Below are positions 55,666 through 64,000 of a DNA stretch of 64,000 nt, in pieces (position 1 is the first letter of the stretch; every line of letters starts with the position of its first letter). Origin of the DNA: the human T2T-CHM13v2.0 reference genome, Homo sapiens; assembly GCF_009914755.1 (NCBI RefSeq), contig NC_060927.1, one strand, 5' to 3'. The notes under the pieces were generated by a model that was not told the DNA's origin, made no database searches, and worked only from the letters and a program-made list of their open reading frames with translations. The position numbers were made by a program, and so were the translations under genes.

Positions 55666-58600
55666 AGTATGACTCATTTTAAATTTAGTTCAAAAACAGG
55701 ACAAAAGGAAATGTTTAATAATGCCAGCTTAGGTGGTATAAACAAAAGCAATTACCTACCATTCATAGTAATGGTAACTTTGAGAGGCAATGATTGAGAG
55801 GGGACACAAAGGACACTGACAATATTTTATTTGGTAGTCTTGAGGGTTACACAGGTGTTTGCTTTCTGACAAACAATTGCACTTTCAGAAAAGTAAAAAA
55901 GGATTGAATTCAAGTACTGAAAGATAAGATAAAGCAAATCAACTACTGATTTTTGGATTTGCTTTTGTGCTTAAGGAAACTTTAGGAAATGGTGGAGCAC
56001 TATAACAGAAACAAAAGAGGGACAAAGCAGTATAATTATTTTAGACCAAGGAAAAGGATTAGGGAGAACAAAAAGTTTTCATCTCACTTGACAATCTGAT
56101 TGACTGGTATTCTGATTGAGTTTGGGACCATTCATGAGCAAAGGGTAAAAGAATTCTGTGATGAATTATTAATATCTATTAGTAGATATTTGTCATACTT
56201 GTCCTAGGTTGCAGAGTTCTTAGTAAACAGATTAGCTCCAAATCCCAAAGAAAAGTGAGTTTGGGCAGGGAATGGTTCAATTAAGCCTGGGCTTAAAAAG
56301 AAGCCCCACATGCTGGGATATAAATTTAGCCTGCATTTTACCTTCTGAATTAAAACAGGTCGTGTGTATTGTGAGTGTCAGGGGTGTGCTGGTGGTGAAA
56401 TGGAGTGGAATGTGAGGTAGAGAATGATTTCTCAGAAATAGGAAATCATTAAGTATTTACCCAGCAAAGAAGACAGGTAATGTAAAATTGATGTGAAGCA
56501 CAAAGATTTTTCTTAACACAGTCTTTTTACATTTGTATTTTATAAGTGCTATTGATTTAAGATTCATTGGGAAAAAATGTGAAAATATTGAAAATGACAC
56601 CAACTTGGAACCAAAAGCCTTGGTTTCTAATTTCAGTTATGTCACTAGTTAAATGTGTGAATTTGTGCAAATCACTTTTCTTCTCTGGACCTCTGCTTCT
56701 TTACCTGTCAAGTTAGCAATTAGAACAAGCTGGCCTCTGCATTTCCTTCTAGCTCTAATAGACTATAATTCTATGATGGAGACAGTTTGATTAGGTGGAA
56801 AAATCATGTGCATCAGTGTCAGGCCTTTGTGACTAAGCCTCTCTGAGCCTCATTTTCTCATCTGTAAATTAGGAGTGATCATATCTACATCGTTTGATTG
56901 TGAAAGTCAAAAAGAGATGAAATTGTCAAGAGCTCAGCCTAGCACCTGGAACTTAGTGAGCTTCCCAAAATAGTAAATTGTAATTAGGGCTAAAATACAA
57001 TTTGCATGAAGCAAACCTATTTCAGATTCCAAGAATTTTCCTTTTTTTCTGATCTCAAAACAATCAGTGTCTTGGTCAACTATTTTGTAATCCATTATCT
57101 CTTCCATTCTGGGCATTGCTTTTATTTTTTAAATATTGCTTAAATATAACATTACTAGAAAAGATAATAGTGGCCATTTAGCTATCACCCAACTATGTGC
57201 CAGGCACTGGGCTGGGTAATTGCATATAATCCTCATAGCACCAATGTGAGGTAGACATTTCCCTTGCTTCAAAGTTAGGGCCAGTCATATTTTATTAGAT
57301 ATTCCCATAGCACCAAGCACAGCACCTTGAACAAAGTAGACTCTCATTACGTGTATTTTTGATTGACTGAAATGTGGCAGTGAGTCCCCTCCCTCTCTCT
57401 CTAATGTTTGTAGTTATTTGATTTATAAGAAATCTCTGTCCCTGGCTGTGGTCAGCTATTGAATTTATGTGTGACAAGAAAACCATAGAGTTTGGCAACT
57501 GTGCGGTGATAGGTGATGTGTGAATCATTTGGGGGAAGAATGAACATTTTATATTCAGACCTCGAATACCTGGGTCCTATGGTTAGTTAATCATGTCTAT
57601 GGAATGCATGACTGAGCAGACAGGTTCAAAGGTAGGGGACTCGAAGCCACTCCATTGTGTGTTTCTAGATACCATCTTATTGCCCATTGGTAATATTTTC
57701 TATAGTCACTGCTCAAATGTATGAGACAAATACAGTCTAGGGTTTTTTCTTCTTAAAAGAAATTCTATAATGTAGGAAGCAGGGTCCAAACTGGAAGGCC
57801 CAGGACATTGTGACCCGTCAAGAGGTTAGAATATTCCCCCAATAAGTCACATCAGTCTGATGTGATACAACCAGAAAACTGCATGGGTTGGCACACAATG
57901 AGAGACTCCTGGGGACACGTCCCTAAAAGTAGCTCCAAGGCAGGAATTAAAAATGGTTCTGGAAGCTTTTGAGCAACTGAGCTAGCAGGACCAGAGCTGG
58001 CAGACATCACAACAGGCCATCGTTCCAGATGCTGCTCCCAAAGAGCACCCCCAGTGTCCGGCCCAGGCAGTTCCTCCTCAAGTAATTAATCTTGGCCTCC
58101 TTAAGTTACCCCCAGGTTCCCAATGGATGTTTTTCTTCACTTCCCTATGAAATCACTTGAGTCTAGGTGCTGGTGGGGGTTGGGGAGTAGTATGGTAGGC
58201 ATTGAACAATTCCAGCTTCACCAGTGGGAGAAATGGCCCTGTAAATCCTTTCAAAGGGCGCCCACCAAGTCCTTCAGAAGGAAGGGGCAGCCAGTGACAT
58301 GAATACGATTATTGTAGTAGAGCAAAATGTGTGACTCGCCAGAATTCTGTTAAACCCAGGAAAAGGGAATGCCACAGTTAACCTATACCCCTGGGGAGCA
58401 CTAAACCTGAAGCAGACTTATTAATTAGGTCTTCTGAGGGGCACAGAAAAAGGGGAGGAGGCCTTTTAAGTCACAGAGACAGACAGAGCTCCATTCTAAC
58501 CAATTCCTTTCCATGGGGGCAAGTCCTGTATCTTTTTTTTCTTTTTTTTCAAACCAAACAGTTTGAGTTACATGTTCACAAGGTCCCTGTTGTGCCAAAG

Positions 58601-59623
58601 AGCATTTTCAATTCAAGTAGAACAGAAAAAACGTTTGTAAAATGAATCAGTAGGTGGAGCTCTTTCTTTTTATTTATTTTTCAATCCAAGGTCCCATTAT
58701 TATTGAGGGACACAGAGCTTCAAAATGAAAAGAAATAGGCATTTTAAAAATGAAAACACATATACAACGTGCTTTCCTAATTGAAATGGTATATTGCGAA
58801 ATCATTACTGTCACAGAACATTTGCGTTGCATGCAAATGCTGAAGCAAAGAAAATATATAAACCTAAATTGACTTTAGCAATTTGAAAGTGATAGTGGAC
58901 ATCTGTGTTCAATAAGTTTTTGCTGGTAACTGGTGTTTAATATTTCATGTCAAATCAAGAAGAGTGATAGAAGGTTTCTGAACACAGAGATGGCTGGCAT
59001 TTTTGCAGCACAGCCTGCCCTTTGTCATACTCACCATAAAGAAACCTGCTGTAGCGAGGGTTGAAACTGCACCAGAGTGACTCCTTTTTTGGAACTTATA
59101 TAAACTTCCAGAATATACTGTCTCTATTTTCTTTTAGAAAGATGTCTATAAGAAAAACAGGTTAAAGGACTTCCAAAGCTCATTATTTATTTAAGGGAAA
59201 AAAGGGTGTGTGTGTTTTGGGGATAGGGAGCTTTTGGAAGAAATTACAGCAGAATAAATCATCTAGAACAAATCTTACCTTTGTGTTTTCGTCAATCCTG
59301 ATTCCTTTCTAGTCAGTGTGCAGTGATGTTAAGGAACTTGGTTGCCAATAGAAACATGCCTTCCTAAGTCTCACAATGAGGGCTAGATTGGATTTTAATG
59401 TTTATGTAGTTGGGCAGGGTAATGGTGGAGAATGGAGAGTAGGGAGGAAGAACTTTTTAAATAACTTTATAATTTCTTTTTCCACATCATGTTAAATAGG
59501 CAATCTTGACTCTAAATAGAACGTTTTGTCTTCGTAACAAATGTGATGAAAGGAAAAACTGCGGGGAGGGGGACAGCATTATTCTTTGAGCTGGCCACAG
59601 GATTAGCACTTAGTCCTGAAAAG

Positions 59624-59663
59624 GGTCATGTTGACCTGATTGTCATGTTAAGTCATGCTGACC
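59624..59663. promoter_or_regulatory. Paired estrogen-response elements
   Basis: GGTCA-tgt-TGACC (59624-59636, perfect) and AGTCA-tgc-TGACC (59651-59663, one mismatch). Motif evidence only. Confidence 0.6.
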
Positions 59664-60087
59664 TTAACATCTTCCATTTAGTTCTCTAACACAGAGGCTG
59701 GACCCTTGAATCTGCTTTGAGTATTGTATAATAAAGGTAAAATAAGAAGACCGACAGACTTTGAGGTACTACAGATATCAAGAAACAGTTTATGTTTATG
59801 TTGATATGAAGAAGTGTATATCTGAGCAAAGGAGTGCCCCCTTCCCTTCTCCGATGGTAGGACCAAGAATATGGTCCTGGAATGACCAGAAGCGGACCAA
59901 GAATATGGTCCTAGAATGACCAGAAGAGGATAAACAGGTACATGTTCTTTTTTATCCTAAAGTGATTTTTTTTTCTAGTGAGAGAAAAGCAAGTTGCTGA
60001 AAATATCCAAAAAACTGGAATGATTTGCCTGTGTGCCTAAAGTCATCTAACTTAGGTTCAAAAATAGAAAGAAATAGCAAGTTGTGT

Positions 60088-60205
60088 ATTTTATTTTTTA
60101 GAGATGGGTCCTCGCTGTCTCCCAGCTGGACATGAATGCCTGGGCTCAGGTGATTCTTCTGCCTCAGCCTCCTTAGTAGCTGGCACATGCTACTGCACCA
60201 GGCTG
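60088..60205 (-). mobile_element. FLAM/Alu monomer
   Basis: tttttagagatgggtcctcgctgtctcccagctgg...ctgcctcagcctcc...ccaggct. Confidence 0.75.
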
Positions 60206-60216
60206 ATTTTAGCAAC

Positions 60217-60629
60217 TGTTATAGTTTGAATATGTGTTACTGCCCAAATATCATATTGAATTGTAATCCCCAGTGTTGGAGATGGGTCCTGGTGGGAAGT
60301 GATTAGATCATAAGGGTAGTTTTCTCATGCATGGTTTAGTACTATCTCCTTGGTGCTGTTCTCATTATAGTGAGTGAGTTCTCATCAGATCTGGTTGTTT
60401 AAAAGAATGTGGCACCTCCCTGCTCGCTCTCTCTCTTGCTCCTGCTCTCACCATGTGATGTGCTAGCTCCTGCTTCATCTTCCACCATGATTGTAAGCTT
60501 CCTGAGGCCTCCCCAGTAGCTCAGCAGATGCCAACATCATGCTTCCTGTACAGCCTGCAGAGACTTGAGCCAATTAGACCTCCCAGTTTCAGGCATTTCT
60601 TTATAACAAAGAAAGAATGGACTAGTACA
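60217..60629 (+). mobile_element. MST (MSTA/B-like) solo LTR
   Basis: tgttatagtttg...ggactagtaca with a perfect 5-bp TSD gcaac. Confidence 0.9.
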
Positions 60630-61044
60630 GCAACATAGGAGGAAACAGAGTAGATGAAAATAGTAACAACGTGCTTAGTGATGTGATAGAGTCTAATAGT
60701 ATACTAAGCTAATTTTGCACCCCAAAATATGTATCTACAGGCAAACGTTAGGCACATAATAAATCACACTGAGAAGCTCAGCAGATGCCGGCATCGTGCT
60801 TCCTGTACAGCCTGCAGAGAAGTGAGCCAATTAGACCTCCTTTTATAAATTACCCAGTTTCAAGCATTTCTTTATAACAAAGAAAGAATGGACTAGTATA
60901 GCAACACAGGAGGAAACAGAGTAGGTAAAAAGAGTAAGAATATGCTTAGTGATGTGGTAGAGTCTAATAGCATACCAAGCTAATTTTGCACCCCAAAATA
61001 TATATCTACAGGCAAACATTAGGACATAGTAAATCACACTGACA
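60518..61044 (+). repeat. Tandem duplication of ~260 bp (LTR 3' end plus unique flank)
   Basis: Copies at 60518-60774 and 60775-61044, about 90% identical by eye. Confidence 0.93.
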
Positions 61045-62332
61045 AGTTTTAAAGAAATCCTTTCTTTGTTTCAAAATAGCATTAGCCAATAATATGACGT
61101 CTTGCACTATGATTTATGCTTTGCAAAATTATAATAATTTTGTCACTTGATCATCATAATGTCCCTATGAGTATCAAGGAAGTGCATATATCTTCCTTGT
61201 TGAGACACAGGAAAGAAGTAGTTTAGAAATGAATTGTGCCTAAGATAACATGGAATCTTTGTGGGTATATTTGTCCAAAAAGCCAAGCAGCATGGCCATG
61301 GCTAGAGCCAGGGGCTTCATGGCCACAGTTGAATAACCTGTCTCTTTTCTCTTAGAGCAGGAAGCTACTGTTGTCCACCAGACTTGGGCATTCAATGTGC
61401 AGCATGCAGGGGACCAAGCTAATCCCCCTGGCAGATGTTAAATCAATAGAAAAATGCAGATAACATACATGGGAAAGTGTAGCCTTCTCTTTCTACAGCT
61501 GCCAGGGTGATCTGCCTTGGGGCTTAGTCTGTTTCCCATATATTCCTTAAGTAAAATCCCAGCTATTGTGGCTAGTTAAAAGGGTGAAAGAAAAAAGATG
61601 TCATCACTCAAATGTTTCCCATGTAGGGTATGTTTATTAGTCATCAGTCTTATATATCACCATTCACTGGAAAGGTCCACATTTACAGTTACCATCAGCC
61701 TCTTCATTTTCTCCAGTCTGCAACTAAGCCTGCGCCATTTAATGCCCCCATAAGCATCCATTTGTGAGCCATTGTGGCTCCTTGCCAAGTCGTTGTGGCA
61801 CTGAAGTTAGGGGTATAAACAGAGCATTATAGTACAACTACAGAAAATGATTTTTCCAGTGACATATCAAAATCCCCCATCTGCCTCTTTATCTTCAAAG
61901 AGAATCTAATGCCTTACTGTACCATCATTCGGAAAACTGATTCTCATTTTATTAGGAGCCCACTTTAGCTACCTAACTGCAAATTAGCATCATCTGCTAC
62001 ATGTAAAAAGGATCTGCTTCTCAGCTGTTACTGTAACTTATTTTATTAATAATCATTTGTGTTCTTTTCAACTTTAGACATTAACTGTCTTTTAAATCAA
62101 AATGAAATGTGTACTTGGCAACTTCTGACTCAAGCATTTGGTTCCCTGTAAATCCTGGAAATGACACAGTGTGCACTTTTCCTCTGGCGTACCTCTTCAG
62201 AAACCAGAGTTATGCAAAGAGGGACACTTAAGAACTAGGCAGCCCTGTCTCGCAAAGCCTCCCCAAGTTCTGGGAAGCAGTGGCATGTTGAAAATGACAG
62301 GAACGGAGCTCTTAATCACATGGAATTAAGAG

Positions 62333-62333
<1 letters not shown>

Positions 62334-62362
<29 letters not shown>
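62334..62362. repeat. (GT)n(GC)n microsatellite
   Basis: gtgtgt...gcgcgcgc. Confidence 0.92.
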
Positions 62363-62363
<1 letters not shown>

Positions 62364-64000
62364 TCATGTGTGTATGTGTATGGTGAAGCAGGCCAAACAA
62401 AGACCCGAGTTTCTCTTCCTAACAATCTTAAAAAATAATTTCCTAGAATCCAACATTCTTCACATTTGTATATACTTTCAGGATAATGCATGGTTTTTTA
62501 TTCTGATTTTAATAGAATCATGTTTCTCACCCTCGTTGTCTTACTCAAACTTTGTAATTTATGCAATTATGCATTTCTCTTCTCTAAAATGCTCTCTGAG
62601 CCAATTAAAAAATTATCTTAAATTTCACTTTTTCTGACTCCCACTCCTTACTCCCACTACAGATACAGAGAAAGTGGGCACACTATTAATTAGCCATTGC
62701 AAGCATCAGAGTTCCTTCCCATTAGATTCTCTTAATGATCCATCTGGATAGATAGGAAAGGTGTCATACCCTAATTCACAGAAAAGGAAACTTGGGCATA
62801 AAATTAAGATTTGCCCATTGCTGGAGCTGTCCATGAGCATTAGGAGTCCCTAATCCTAACTCTTAATAAAATCTATAATGATAAACAAAGCTACTATATA
62901 CCAAACAGTGTACCAGGAAATGTCATCAGTGATTGCATTCCTTATCTCTTTGAATCCTCAAAAAAAAGCCTACAGTAGATATTAGAACTCTCATTTGAAA
63001 TATGAAAAAGTAGGTTTCAAAAGATCATAAAGCTAGATAGCAGGAAAACCAGGAAACAAACCTGTCAACCCAGTTCCCAAACTTTTGGCATAACCACTTT
63101 GCTTTCTAGTCTCCTATACCTTCAGTCTGCAATGCTAATGTATTAATTATACTAGTCATTAGTAATAACACTGCTGACTTTTTCTTGAGGTGTAGGTATT
63201 TTTTATTTTTCTGGGATTCTTATAAATATTACTTTAGAGATATAAGGGCTGATTGTCACTCACAAAGAGCAGGGTCTGGCTATATCACGTAGTGAGAGCA
63301 GAAAGACAAGGTCATATAAGAACCAGGTTGTAAAATGAGATCAATCAGTACACGATATCTGGTTTAGTGGGATTGTTTGTTGTGCATTCTGTTCCCCACT
63401 AAAAAGAATACAGTGAAGTACAGATTCTAATAAGGAGGGAATAGACTGATGACTCTCTGATGTGTGTTAAATGCTACTTGTCATGATGACATTATCTACC
63501 ATCTGCCCTTCACATTGTGAAAGACTAAGGGACTAAGGGTGAGATGGAAGACAGATCCCAAGCTGGGTAAAGACTCTTTTAACTTTTCATCACCATGAAT
63601 CCTGTCAAAACACCCATCTCATTGTCATTACCTTAAACAAACCTGTTTACTTTTCATTTAATCTGTCAGTGGAGTTTGCCTTTTCTTTTCTGGATCTGAT
63701 ATCACATCTACAAACTACTGTTCACAGGCGTGATTCCCCAAGCATCCTTCTTCTACATAGGGAGAAATAGGATATTATCTTGTTTCTTCACAGCCGATAT
63801 AAAGAGCACAGCTTCAAAGAAGGCCAAACACCCTTCAAAAACTGCTTTACCATTACCTTTATTACTTATTTTGACACAATTTAATTTTTAAAAATTGTGT
63901 TAATTCAGATGTGAAGCCTTAGGTCCGAAGCCAATGCACCTCTAAAGGGTAAAGATGACTTTCTCATTACCAGGACAATAGGTCTGAGAAAGTGGTAACA

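Larger units (their letters stand above)
54050..55800 (+). mobile_element. Old L1ME-type 3' remnant
   Basis: aatgctacagtaattgaaacagcatggtattgg and gcaaattaaaaccac; interrupted by an Alu and microsatellites. Confidence 0.72.

Noticed and set aside
55422-55797. Tyr/Ile/Cys-rich ORFs
   Set aside because: Translations of a TA/CA microsatellite.

Overview
This is primate (most likely human) genomic DNA. It is AT-rich and dense in repeats: Alu, L1, L2, MIR, THE1/MST/MLT1, HERV-H and Tigger/Charlie elements. I found no intact protein-coding gene, and the supplied ORFs are repeat fragments or noise. The main non-repeat signal is on the + strand: four decayed exons (8927-9055, 12324-12453, 14211-14337, 16991-17175). 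Each encodes one 8-Cys EGF/laminin-type module with the spacing typical of MEGF6/MEGF10/MEGF11. Together they look like the 3' end of a dead, intron-containing MEGF6-like gene, probably EGFEM1P (from recall, not a database check). Lesions include Cys losses, a +1 frameshift with a stop, a 2-nt-short acceptor and a GC donor. Other notable features: (1) a ~360-bp inverted duplication with a 19-bp target-site duplication that brackets the frameshifted exon; (2) an AluJ with an apparent 3' transduction; (3) a paired estrogen-response element in a repeat-poor block; (4) an internally deleted HERV-H nested in a THE1 LTR; (5) several local duplications. I see no evidence of a wholly new biological system. 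Repeat subfamily names come from recalled consensus sequences, and identity percentages are estimates by eye.
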